DNA of 64,000 bases from Phycisphaerales bacterium (GTDB lineage Bacteria; Planctomycetota; Phycisphaerae; WQYP01). Below are positions 10,166 to 18,506 of this stretch, one piece after another. Each line of letters begins with the position of its first letter. The stretch's first letter is position 1. The notes beneath the pieces were generated by a model, which was given only the letters and a program-made list of their open reading frames with translations, had not been told where the DNA came from and made no database searches. Where the stretch lies: positions 7,219-71,218 of the forward strand of contig WQYP01000003.1 in NCBI GenBank assembly GCA_009781185.1. Reading direction: 5' to 3'. The position numbers and the translations under genes were made by a program.

Positions 10166-10281
10166 GGATGGCCCCGGCAGGGGCCGAAGCTTTTAGCCCA
10201 CGGCAAGCGGCGGCAGCCGCGCCGCCGTGGGTAACCAGCCAAAAGAAAACGCCGTCGCCCCGGCAGGAGCGAAAGCTCGCG
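10166..10281 (+). promoter_or_regulatory. ~115-nt structured leader element, copy A. Copy B is at 11376-11492, in front of the next gene.
   Basis: ~90% identity over the core. Contains hairpins ggcccc-ggca-ggggcc (x2) and cccacggc…gccgtggg around cggcggcagccgcgccgccg. The middle segment is variable. Confidence 0.6.
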
Positions 10282-10305
10282 AAATGGCTCTTCCTGACGG
10301 CCACC

Positions 10306-11343
10306 ATGATGCTCACCATCACCATTCCCGCAACTCACGCACAACAATCCCCAACCATCGCACCCGGCGGCGGAAACACCCGCTCCACCACCGGCGGCAC
10401 TGGCCCCATGAAAAATGAGCTCACTCCAGAAATGCAGAACCACATCAACCTCGGCCTGAAATGGCTCTCCAAAAACGTCGGAAACGCATCCGCCGACATG
10501 TCTGGATACGGCAATGAAGTCGGTATCATCGCCCTGGCAGGCCTCGCCTTCATGGCCGACGGCAGCATGCCCAACGAAGGCCCCTACGGCAAAGAGGTCG
10601 AAACGATCCTCGAGCACGTGATGAAGAACTGTCAGGCGTCGGGACTGATCGCTTCGCCGCAGGGCGGATCGCCGATGTATGGACATGGGTTTGCGACGCT
10701 GTTCCTTGCCGAGGTTTATGGCACAGGGGGGGGGGGGACGCAGCGGGAGGATGTCAAGGAAAATCTCCGACGGGCCGTCGCCCTGATCTGCAGTACGCAG
10801 AATAATGAAGGCGGCTGGCGGTATCAGCCGGTGAAAAATGATGCCGACATCTCGGTGACGATCTGCCAGGTGATGGCATTGCGAGCGGCGAAGGGCGCAG
10901 GCATCAAGGTGCCCAAGTCGGTGATCGACAAGGCGATCGACTACGTCAAGAAATCGCAGGAGCCCGACGGCGGATTTTCCTACATGCTCCAGGGACGCGG
11001 CTCCGGCTACGCACGCTCCGCGGCGGGACTGGCCTGCCTGTTTTACTCAGGCATTTATCAAGGAAAGGAAATTGAAAACGCCATCAAGTATCTGACCAAG
11101 ACCACCGGCCGAGGCAGCAATGAAGGACATTACTATTACAGTACCTATTACGCCACGCAGGCAATGTTCATGGGCGGCGGAAAATCGTGGGAAGACTTCT
11201 GGCCAACGATGAGCAAGGACCTGATCAAGCGCCAGCAGCCCGACGGCCGCTGGACCGGCGACGCCAGCGATCTCTACGCGACCTCCATGGCTCTGATCGC
11301 GCTCCAAGTCCCCAATCGCCTGCTGCCGATCCTGCAAAAGTAA
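10306..11343 (+). CDS. Prenyltransferase/squalene-oxidase-like (alpha/alpha-toroid) repeat protein, secreted. Start uncertain: the ORF is open from 10144.
   Basis: Repeated motifs of terpenoid-cyclase-like repeats (…GGWRYQP…, QVMALRAAKGAG, …PDGGFSY…, PDGRWTG). The upstream 160 nt of the ORF is occupied by a repeat element also found in front of the next gene, so the start at MMLTIT (10306) is preferred. Confidence 0.5.
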   Translation: MMLTITIPATHAQQSPTIAPGGGNTRSTTGGTGPMKNELTPEMQNHINLGLKWLSKNVGNASADMSGYGNEVGIIALAGLAFMADGSMPNEGPYGKEVETILEHVMKNCQASGLIASPQGGSPMYGHGFATLFLAEVYGTGGGGTQREDVKENLRRAVALICSTQNNEGGWRYQPVKNDADISVTICQVMALRAAKGAGIKVPKSVIDKAIDYVKKSQEPDGGFSYMLQGRGSGYARSAAGLACLFYSGIYQGKEIENAIKYLTKTTGRGSNEGHYYYSTYYATQAMFMGGGKSWEDFWPTMSKDLIKRQQPDGRWTGDASDLYATSMALIALQVPNRLLPILQK

Positions 11344-11512
11344 CAAGAAGATGACGACTAGATTGCGGACAAATCGGGTGGCCCCGGTAGGGGCCGGAGC
11401 TTTTAGCCCACGGCAAGCGGCGGCAGCCGCGCCGCCGTGGGTCATCATCACCCACAAAAACGCCGTCGCCCCGGCAGGGGCGAAAGTCCGCGTTATTTTT
11501 CGGAGCAGCCAT

Positions 11513-12736
11513 ATGCTGATGAATCGAATCGTTTTCGTGCTCGCCCTTTCGCTCGCCTGTCCGTTGCACGCGGATTGGACGCTGCTCAAGAGTGACCTTA
11601 CGGAGCAAAAAAGCGTCACGGTCAATACCTGGGATCTCTCGGCCGGACTGTCGATCACCGAGGCTGGAAAACTCGAAAAAGTCGAGACGCGAAATGTGCT
11701 GTCGCTGATGTCGGAGCGTCCGGCCGGTAGCGATTCGGCTGCCGCGGGATGGAAGCTGATGCTGAGAAATGGGGATTGTCTTTACGGCAAGCCGAGCCGT
11801 TTTAGTGGACAGTCGATGGAGTTTGAGATGCCGGAGGTGGGGAAGATTCTTGTGCCGCTCAAGTCGGTGGCGGGGATGACGGATGCGTCCGCTGCGGCGA
11901 CTGTGGGGGCTGTTGGTTCCGCTGAGGAGAAGGATCAGATTCAGCTCAAGAACAATGACGTGCTCGCCGGGTTCATCATCAGCATCGACGCGGAGAAACT
12001 ACAGATCGCCACCGGCCCGAACGACGAAACCACCACCGACATCGATCTCTCCCGGATCGCACGTCTGAGCTTCGGCGGCGTTACGCCGGCACGCGGCATG
12101 CCGACCCTCTCGGCCCGCATCCACTTCATTTCCGGCTCCGTGCTCACTATTCCACTTAATTTAAATAAAGACATAAACACAACTAAAAATATATTCTCGT
12201 GGACCATCAGCGATCTGGCCTTCAAGGACCCCGCCGGCAAGGATCGTAAGGCCAGTGCCGACACTGTTGCGGCGATTGACATCGTGGGTGGACGCGTTGT
12301 GTATCTCACCGATCTCGACCCGGCGAAAGAGGAACAAACCACGCTGATGGGCACACGCTGGAACACGCAGATCAATCGGAACGTGATGGGCGAACCGCTG
12401 GTCGTCGGCAGGAAAACCTATCTCCGCGGCATCGGCGTCCACACGACAAGTTCGCTGCTCTACACTCTTGACGGCAGCTTTGAGACGCTGAAATTCCAGG
12501 TCGGCATGGACGACTCGGCGGCGCCGCAGGGGTCGGCGAACGTCGCGGTGGTGCTGGATGGCAAGGTGCTCTGGGAGGCCAGAGGCATGAAAGCTGGAGA
12601 GGCGGCGGTCGAAGTCTCCGTACCGGTCAAGGGCGGCAAACAGCTCGAACTGCGGGCAACACCGGCTCTGGGCAACGGCAAACTCGACGTCCTGGGCCGC
12701 GTTAACTGGCTCAACGTCGCTCTGCTACGACCGTAA
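11513..12736 (+). CDS. Secreted protein with a C-terminal NPCBM/NEW2-like carbohydrate-binding module.
   Basis: Good signal peptide MLMNRIVFVLALSLACPLHA at 11513 (the ORF is open from 11351 through the duplicated leader element). C-terminal region …YLRGIGVHTTSSLLYTLDGSFETLKFQVGMDDSA…VAVVLDGKVLWEA…LELRATPALGNGKLDVLGRVNWLNVALL fits the NPCBM pattern. Confidence 0.55.
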   Translation: MLMNRIVFVLALSLACPLHADWTLLKSDLTEQKSVTVNTWDLSAGLSITEAGKLEKVETRNVLSLMSERPAGSDSAAAGWKLMLRNGDCLYGKPSRFSGQSMEFEMPEVGKILVPLKSVAGMTDASAAATVGAVGSAEEKDQIQLKNNDVLAGFIISIDAEKLQIATGPNDETTTDIDLSRIARLSFGGVTPARGMPTLSARIHFISGSVLTIPLNLNKDINTTKNIFSWTISDLAFKDPAGKDRKASADTVAAIDIVGGRVVYLTDLDPAKEEQTTLMGTRWNTQINRNVMGEPLVVGRKTYLRGIGVHTTSSLLYTLDGSFETLKFQVGMDDSAAPQGSANVAVVLDGKVLWEARGMKAGEAAVEVSVPVKGGKQLELRATPALGNGKLDVLGRVNWLNVALLRP

Positions 12737-12791
12737 TAGCCTTGCGTGGAAACGCAAGGCTATTGCCATTCCAAGGCTACAATATCACAAT

Positions 12792-13616
12792 ATGCGTATG
12801 AACTACCAGATCACATGCCTCTGCGGTAACCAGTTTCGCATCAATGATGAGCAGCTCAAGGGGCCTGTTATTTGTTCGGTCTGCAAACGGGCGTTGAGCC
12901 CGATCGTCTCGCCGCATCCACCCATTTCCGCGCCGGCCACGCCCGCCGCTGCGGAAAATAAGGAGACTGCCGTGACTACTCTGCCCGACGAACCTACGAA
13001 ACGCTGTCCCTATTGCGGCGAGGTGATTCTTGCGGTCGCCAAGAAGTGCAAACACTGCGGGGAATTCCTGGATCGCCCCGCCACCGCTCCCTCCACCGTT
13101 CCTGGGCAATCTACGGTCGCTGCGAGCGACGCGGCTGCCGAAGAACCGCCGATCTACGAGCTCTCCGTTTCGCAGTGGGACAATTTCTGGAAGTACCTTA
13201 TCTGTTTGGGCATCGCGGTGGTTGTTTCGACGGTGTTCATTAAGTGGCTGCCGCAATACGGAATGCCGGGCGTGCTTTCCACGCTCGTGATCCTCGGACT
13301 TATCGCGTGGTTCTTCTATCTTTCCGCTCGCAACTCGCGATGCACCATCCGATCCGTACGCATCGAGACCGAAGTCGGCATTCTCTCCAAAGACATCAAC
13401 ACCCTGGAACTGTTCCGCATCACCGACCTGTCGCTCAAGCAAAACATGATGGAACGTCTGCTGGGCGTCGGCACCATCCACATCACCTCCAACGATCCGA
13501 GCACGCCTGAACTGATGCTCTACAAGATTCCGCAGGTGAAGCAAGTCTACAAGTATTTGCAACAGCAGGTTCCGATCGTGGCTCGCCAGCGCGGCGCCGT
13601 GTACTTCGAAAAGTGA
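12792..13616 (+). CDS. Membrane protein with two N-terminal zinc-ribbon motifs and a bacterial PH (bPH_2/YdbS-like) domain.
   Basis: CxC…CxxC and CPYCG…CKHCG motifs, then two TM helices and a bPH_2-like segment (…ILSKDINTLELFRITDLSLKQNMMERLLGVGTIHITS…). Confidence 0.5.
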   Translation: MRMNYQITCLCGNQFRINDEQLKGPVICSVCKRALSPIVSPHPPISAPATPAAAENKETAVTTLPDEPTKRCPYCGEVILAVAKKCKHCGEFLDRPATAPSTVPGQSTVAASDAAAEEPPIYELSVSQWDNFWKYLICLGIAVVVSTVFIKWLPQYGMPGVLSTLVILGLIAWFFYLSARNSRCTIRSVRIETEVGILSKDINTLELFRITDLSLKQNMMERLLGVGTIHITSNDPSTPELMLYKIPQVKQVYKYLQQQVPIVARQRGAVYFEK

Positions 13617-13683
13617 TTGCCAATCCATCCGCGACCAGCGTCCGCGAGTAATACCTGACGAGAGCGATATCGCAGGTATACGC

Positions 13684-15162
13684 ATGACTGTGTCTACATC
13701 CGGAACTCTGCTTAGCCTTTCGGCGAAGACGCCGCGAAAACGGCCGTTGCGAAGGACGATTCAGCGACATGTGGTACGGCTTTTCACGGTGTTCAGTATT
13801 ATCTGCTCGCTGATTTTCCTGGCCGTTCCTTTTCTTGAGCGGCGGTACGAGTTGTCGGGCAGCGTTGCGATTTCGATTCCGAGCTTTTTGGCGAACCTGC
13901 CGCAAAGCACGCTGGCGGAATTCCAGCAGCAACCGGCAAGCGAGGGCGTCCGAGTTGTGCTCCAAGATTCGGCGGCACAATTCTCCGCCATCGCCCCAAC
14001 TTACAACGCGGCATGGACGCATCTCCATCACGCTGCAGATCAGTTTGCGATCATGCTGAATCATCGCGTGGAGGAGCAACAACGCTCGCTGCAATCCTCC
14101 GCGGAACGCCTTGCGGCAAGTGAACAGGCAATCATAAAAGAGATTGACGCTTATCGTTTGACGCATCACGGCATGCTGGGGGAGGGGCCAAATAATCCTA
14201 ACAGCGTACAGGCACAGTTCGACAAGATCCGCGGCAAACTGGACGATCAACGAGAACGGCTGCAATTTGTCACGGGACAGATTGTTCGGCTGCGATCGCT
14301 GAAGGCACCCGTTGTTTCGGAGACGATTGCCAGGCCGGCGGAACATGATCCCGAGGTGATGACGATCCGGGCACAGATGCAACTGCTGGACGAGCAGCTT
14401 GCGGAGCAGCTCGGAACGATGCAGCGGACGGAACGGCATCCGTATGTGGTGGCGTTGCGTGCGAAGGAATCGGAATTGAAAAAGAAATTGGAGATTGCGC
14501 AGGAGCGCGTGGCCGCTGGGCGGCCGCCATCGGATGCAGCGATGGGGAACGTTGCGGGTAAATCGAACGTCGAGTTGCAACTGGAGATTCTGCTGGCGGA
14601 TCAGGAAACGCTCGAAGCGCAAGTCAAACGGCTGACATCGCAGCGCGATCAATTGCAAAAGCAGGTGGATGAACTGCTGCCGATACGCCGGGAGTTCGAG
14701 AAGTTGACGGATCAGCTTGCCAGCGTGCGGAAGGAGCGGGAAACGGTGAAGGAGAGGGATGTGGTGAAGGTGGGAGCAGTGGGGGTGTTGGGGATGGGCG
14801 CCGACGGAACGCTGCCGCGATTTCCGAGGTTGATTCCGACGTATGTGTTGGGCATTGCGCTGGCGGCCGGAGTGACAATGTTGGGGGCCCTGGTGGTTCA
14901 TAAACGGGACCATGCGATGCATACATTGCAGGAAGTTTCGGCGGCGATCGATTTGCCGATCCTGGGGGTGATTTCGGATATTCGTTCGCCGGCACAGCGG
15001 CAGTGGCATCGTTTGTGGCGGAGCTTCGGGCGGCCGGGGGTTGTTGTGGTTGGCGCGGTGATGATGCTGGGGAGTGCGGTGCTCTGCTATTACCAGCTTT
15101 CCAATGATGAAATATCTTTGGAGCCCCGCATGGTAATGCGGGGCTTGGGGAAGATTGCGTAG
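13684..15162 (+). CDS. Polysaccharide chain-length determinant (Wzz/GumC/EpsF-like polysaccharide co-polymerase).
   Basis: N-terminal TM, long coiled-coil periplasmic region, C-terminal TM (LGIALAAGVTMLGALVVH). Directly followed by a BY-kinase ATPase gene. Confidence 0.6.
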   Translation: MTVSTSGTLLSLSAKTPRKRPLRRTIQRHVVRLFTVFSIICSLIFLAVPFLERRYELSGSVAISIPSFLANLPQSTLAEFQQQPASEGVRVVLQDSAAQFSAIAPTYNAAWTHLHHAADQFAIMLNHRVEEQQRSLQSSAERLAASEQAIIKEIDAYRLTHHGMLGEGPNNPNSVQAQFDKIRGKLDDQRERLQFVTGQIVRLRSLKAPVVSETIARPAEHDPEVMTIRAQMQLLDEQLAEQLGTMQRTERHPYVVALRAKESELKKKLEIAQERVAAGRPPSDAAMGNVAGKSNVELQLEILLADQETLEAQVKRLTSQRDQLQKQVDELLPIRREFEKLTDQLASVRKERETVKERDVVKVGAVGVLGMGADGTLPRFPRLIPTYVLGIALAAGVTMLGALVVHKRDHAMHTLQEVSAAIDLPILGVISDIRSPAQRQWHRLWRSFGRPGVVVVGAVMMLGSAVLCYYQLSNDEISLEPRMVMRGLGKIA

Positions 15163-15172
15163 AGAGTAAGCC

Positions 15173-16093
15173 ATGAGTTCAATCGCGGAAGCGCTAAAGC
15201 GGGCGGAGCGGGAACGGGAACGGATGCGGGCGAAGGAAGTGCCGGCGACCACGGGAGGCCTTGCGGAAGTGGTTCTGTGGAAGAATTTTGTCGAGGCGAC
15301 GGTAACACCGGTGGCCTCGGCGATTCAGCAGACGCCTGTGGCGCAGGCGCCGGCGGTGCGGACGCGGCAGCAGGCGACAGAGACGATCGTTGAGGATTAC
15401 ACGTCGAAGCACAAGCTGAATCTGCCGGCGTCGCTGGTGGTGTATCACGAGCGAGCGGGGCGGGTGGCAGAGCAGTATCGGCGAATCCGGGAAAGGCTGA
15501 TGGCGGAGAACGCCAAGCGCGAGCCGCAGATGCTGGTGGTGACGTCGGCGGTGGCAGGCGAAGGGAAAACAACGACGGTGCTGAACCTGGGACTGTCGCT
15601 GGTGGAAATTCGTGCCAATCGTGTGCTGCTGATCGATGGGAATTTACATGCGTCGAGAAAGGGGGGGGCGTCGCTGTCGGGGCTGCTGAAGTTGCAGACG
15701 CAGCCGGGGCTGGTGGAGATGCTCTCGTCGGAGGAGGAACAGTTGGAGTATTTTAGTTTTATTCAAGCGACGCCGTGGCATCACTTGTACGTGTTGCCGA
15801 CGAAGGTACAAGGGGGGGGGGGGACGGCGGAGCGGGCGGTGGAACTGCTCAAATCGCCGAAGCTGCATGCGGGACTGCGAGCGTTGCGGTCACAATTCGA
15901 CTGGGTGCTGATCGATTCGCCGGCAGCGCTGGACCTGCCGGATGCGGGGATTCTGGGGGGAGGAGGAGGGGCGGACGGGATAATGATGACGGTGGCGTTG
16001 CATCGTACGCCGGAGGAACGGGTGCTGCGAACGTTGCGGTTGCTGCGGTCGATGAATCTGCCGGTGAAATCGTGCATTTTGACGAGGCCGTGA
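15173..16093 (+). CDS. BY-kinase (CpsD/CapB/EpsG-like tyrosine autokinase) ATPase domain protein.
   Basis: Walker A VTSAVAGEGKTTTVLNLGLSLV, Walker A' VLLIDGNLH, Walker B-like DWVLIDSPA. Three in-frame poly-G tracts (G8, G12, and GGGGG codons) fall in loop regions. Confidence 0.65.
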   Translation: MSSIAEALKRAERERERMRAKEVPATTGGLAEVVLWKNFVEATVTPVASAIQQTPVAQAPAVRTRQQATETIVEDYTSKHKLNLPASLVVYHERAGRVAEQYRRIRERLMAENAKREPQMLVVTSAVAGEGKTTTVLNLGLSLVEIRANRVLLIDGNLHASRKGGASLSGLLKLQTQPGLVEMLSSEEEQLEYFSFIQATPWHHLYVLPTKVQGGGGTAERAVELLKSPKLHAGLRALRSQFDWVLIDSPAALDLPDAGILGGGGGADGIMMTVALHRTPEERVLRTLRLLRSMNLPVKSCILTRP

Positions 16094-16162
16094 GAAGAAG
16101 CCAGAAGTTTTGAATAAGCCACAAACTCGCAACCTTCTGGCTTCTGGCTTCTTCCTCTTTTT
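16094..16162 (+). terminator. Rho-independent terminator hairpin after the BY-kinase gene, built from an AGCCAGA heptamer array.
   Basis: gaagaagccagaag …(loop)… cttctggcttctggcttcttc, followed by ctcttttt. Confidence 0.6.
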
Positions 16163-16203
16163 GGTTTGACTTCAGGGGGCTGGAACTGCTTCAATAGCGG
16201 AGC

Positions 16204-17367
16204 ATGATTATCGCGTTAGATGCTCGTCCGTTGGTCCACCGCCAAGTTGGCGGCGTGGAGCAGCGTGGGCGGAACATATTCAATGCGTGGCTGGCCAGCG
16301 ACGAGATGTCGCGTGAGCATCAGTTTCACCTGATTTATGCCAGGCCGGAGAAGGCGGAGCTGTTTGACGGGTCGGTGTTGGCGGCATTGCCCGAGAACTT
16401 TCGGCCGCACGAGATTTCGTCGTATCACATGCCGTCGCGATTGCATTTGGGGACGCGGGTGTTTAATGCGCTGGCGCGGACGCTGCGGACGATCAAAGCG
16501 GATGTGTATCACGCGTTCACGCCGCTGGCGCCGAGGACGGCGACCTGCCCGGTGGTGCCGACGATTCACGATCTGTCGTTCGAGCTGGACCCGACGGTGC
16601 GACGCACGCTGGAAGGGCGGGAACTGCGCTGGATGACGCAGCAGGGCGTGGATTACGCCAGCCGCCTGATCGCGATTTCGTCACAGACCAAGGACGACAT
16701 CGTTTCGATTTACGGGATGGATGCGGAACATGTGGATGTGGTGTACAACGGGATCGATCCGGTGTTTACGCCGAGCGCGGAGGTGCGGATGCTCCAGTCG
16801 GTGCATCGGGCGAGCCGGATCAGCGGGACGTATCTGCTGACGGTGGGTGCGGACATTCCGCGTCGGAATTATTCGCGGATGCTCGCGGCGATGCGACAGG
16901 TGTGGGAGTCGGGATCCAAAGCGCTGTGGGTGCTGGCGGGACGAGATAATTGGCAAGCGTCAAATATCTATACGGAAGCACGCAAAGCGGGCGTGATCGA
17001 TAAAATGCGGTTCGTGACCTCGCCGAGCAACCGGGAATTGGCGGATTTGTATCGCGGGGCGGCGATAACCTGCTGCGCGTCGAGCTTCGAGGGGTTCGGG
17101 CTGAGCGTGCTGGAATCGATGGCCTGCGGCGTGGCGGTGGCGTGCTCGGATATGCAGTCGCTGCGGGAAGTAGCGGGGGAGGCGGCGGTCTACTTTCCGC
17201 ACGACGACGCCGAGGCGATGGGGCAGGCAATTGAAGGATTGCTGGAAGATGCCGAGTACCGGCGGCAACTAAAGTACAGAGGACTCCATCGGGCAAGTCT
17301 CTTCACCTGGACGACGGCGGCCCAATTGACGCTCGAATCGCTGACCAGAGCGGCGATGAAAAGTTGA
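16204..17367 (+). CDS. Glycosyltransferase family 4 (GT-B, RfaB-like).
   Basis: C-terminal GT4 signature …SSFEGFGLSVLESMACGVAVACSD…; 387 aa. Confidence 0.7.
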   Translation: MIIALDARPLVHRQVGGVEQRGRNIFNAWLASDEMSREHQFHLIYARPEKAELFDGSVLAALPENFRPHEISSYHMPSRLHLGTRVFNALARTLRTIKADVYHAFTPLAPRTATCPVVPTIHDLSFELDPTVRRTLEGRELRWMTQQGVDYASRLIAISSQTKDDIVSIYGMDAEHVDVVYNGIDPVFTPSAEVRMLQSVHRASRISGTYLLTVGADIPRRNYSRMLAAMRQVWESGSKALWVLAGRDNWQASNIYTEARKAGVIDKMRFVTSPSNRELADLYRGAAITCCASSFEGFGLSVLESMACGVAVACSDMQSLREVAGEAAVYFPHDDAEAMGQAIEGLLEDAEYRRQLKYRGLHRASLFTWTTAAQLTLESLTRAAMKS

Positions 17368-17401
17368 AAGTATAAAAGTTAAAAGTTAAAAGCAGGAATA
17401 T

Positions 17402-18412
17402 ATGGATAATATAACGCATATTTTATTGGGCGGGGCGATGGCCTATGCGATGGCGGGGAAACGCGCTGGGAAAATAGCGTTTTTTGTCGGTGGGTTGGCG
17501 GCAACAATACCGGATTTGGATGTGTTTGTTCGAACGGGTGATGCGCTGTGGAATCATCTGATGCATCGGTCTTTCATGCATTCGCTGGTGATCGTGCCGG
17601 TGCTGGCGGCGGTGGCGATGCTACCGTTCCTGCGGTCGGCGAAGGTGCGAGGTAACTGGCTGCGCGTCTATCTGGCGGCGATGGCGGCTTGTGCGACGCA
17701 CACAATCCTCGACATGCTCACGTCGTACGGAACGATGATCCTCTGGCCGTTCTCGCAGCGGCGATTTGCGCTCGACATCGTGGTGATCGTGGATGTGTTC
17801 TACACACTGATACTGGCGATCGGCGTGGCGGTGGCGCGGCGATGGAAGACGGCGAAAGGAAAGTGGCGGGTGGTGATCGCAACGCTGGTGCTTTCGACGA
17901 TGTACCTGGGCATCGATGCGATGCAGCATGAACGTGCGATGGCGGCACAGCGGGAACTCATGGCGTTGCGGGGGCAGACGGGGGCGGAGAGGGGGCGGGT
18001 GTTGCCGCAGATCGGAATGGGGATGAATTACCGATCAATTTACATGTATCATGGGCGTATTTATGCGGATGCGATTCGTGTGAGGCCGTTTGCGGAAGTG
18101 CAGGTGCGTGAGGGGACGAGCGTCGAACAGGTCAGTGCGGATGCAAGCAGGGAGAAAAAGTTCTGGGAGTTTGCCGACGGCTTTGTGGCGCGAATGCCGG
18201 GGGAGACAGAGGGGGAAGGGACGCTTGGGGATATGCGTTACACGCTGACGCCGGAGGGATTTGACGCAATCTGGGGCATTTCCGCCGACACCGGCGAGTG
18301 GCGGAACTTCATACGAAGACGAATGGTGGGACGGTTCTGGAGAGAACTGGTGCATCCGACGGGGTATTTGCCGCTGTCGGTGGTGCATGCGGGAGACAAG
18401 GTGACAAGGTGA
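17402..18412 (+). CDS. Membrane-bound metal-dependent hydrolase (YdjM/DUF457-like) with a C-terminal extension.
   Basis: N-terminal MDNITHILLGG…PDLDVF…HRSFMHSL pattern typical of LexA-regulated YdjM-type inner-membrane hydrolases; multiple TM helices. Confidence 0.5.
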   Translation: MDNITHILLGGAMAYAMAGKRAGKIAFFVGGLAATIPDLDVFVRTGDALWNHLMHRSFMHSLVIVPVLAAVAMLPFLRSAKVRGNWLRVYLAAMAACATHTILDMLTSYGTMILWPFSQRRFALDIVVIVDVFYTLILAIGVAVARRWKTAKGKWRVVIATLVLSTMYLGIDAMQHERAMAAQRELMALRGQTGAERGRVLPQIGMGMNYRSIYMYHGRIYADAIRVRPFAEVQVREGTSVEQVSADASREKKFWEFADGFVARMPGETEGEGTLGDMRYTLTPEGFDAIWGISADTGEWRNFIRRRMVGRFWRELVHPTGYLPLSVVHAGDKVTR

Positions 18413-18506
18413 CAAGGAGCACCACGTGGCAACGCGGTGGTGATTGGGAATGCAAGGACAAACCTCCGCGTTACCACGCGGTGCTCCTTGTCACTTTGTC
18501 ATCTTG
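18413..18506. terminator. Long imperfect inverted repeat (~25-bp stem) between convergent genes; candidate bidirectional terminator. Flanked by gacaagg direct repeats that extend into both stop codons.
   Basis: caaggagcaccacgtggcaacgcggtgg … ccgcgttaccacgcggtgctccttg. Direct repeats gtgacaaggtgacaagg on one side and gtcactttgtcatcttgtcac on the other. Confidence 0.5.

Noticed and set aside
10144-10305. N-terminal extensions of the 10144 and 11351 ORFs (MRNMLKYRMAPAGAEAFSPRQAAAAAPPWV… and MTTRLRTNRVAPVGAGAFSPRQAAAAAPPWV…)
   Set aside because: These are translations of a duplicated ~115-nt non-coding element. Plausible signal peptides begin downstream (10306 and 11513).
12777-13685. 302-aa minus-strand ORF antisense to the zinc-ribbon/PH-domain gene
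   Set aside because: Arg/Gly-rich, low-complexity translation typical of antisense frames in high-GC DNA. The sense-strand gene has a coherent domain architecture.
13483-15252. 589-aa minus-strand ORF overlapping the Wzz-like gene
   Set aside because: Arg/His/Gln-rich nonsense translation. The plus strand encodes the Wzz/BY-kinase pair.
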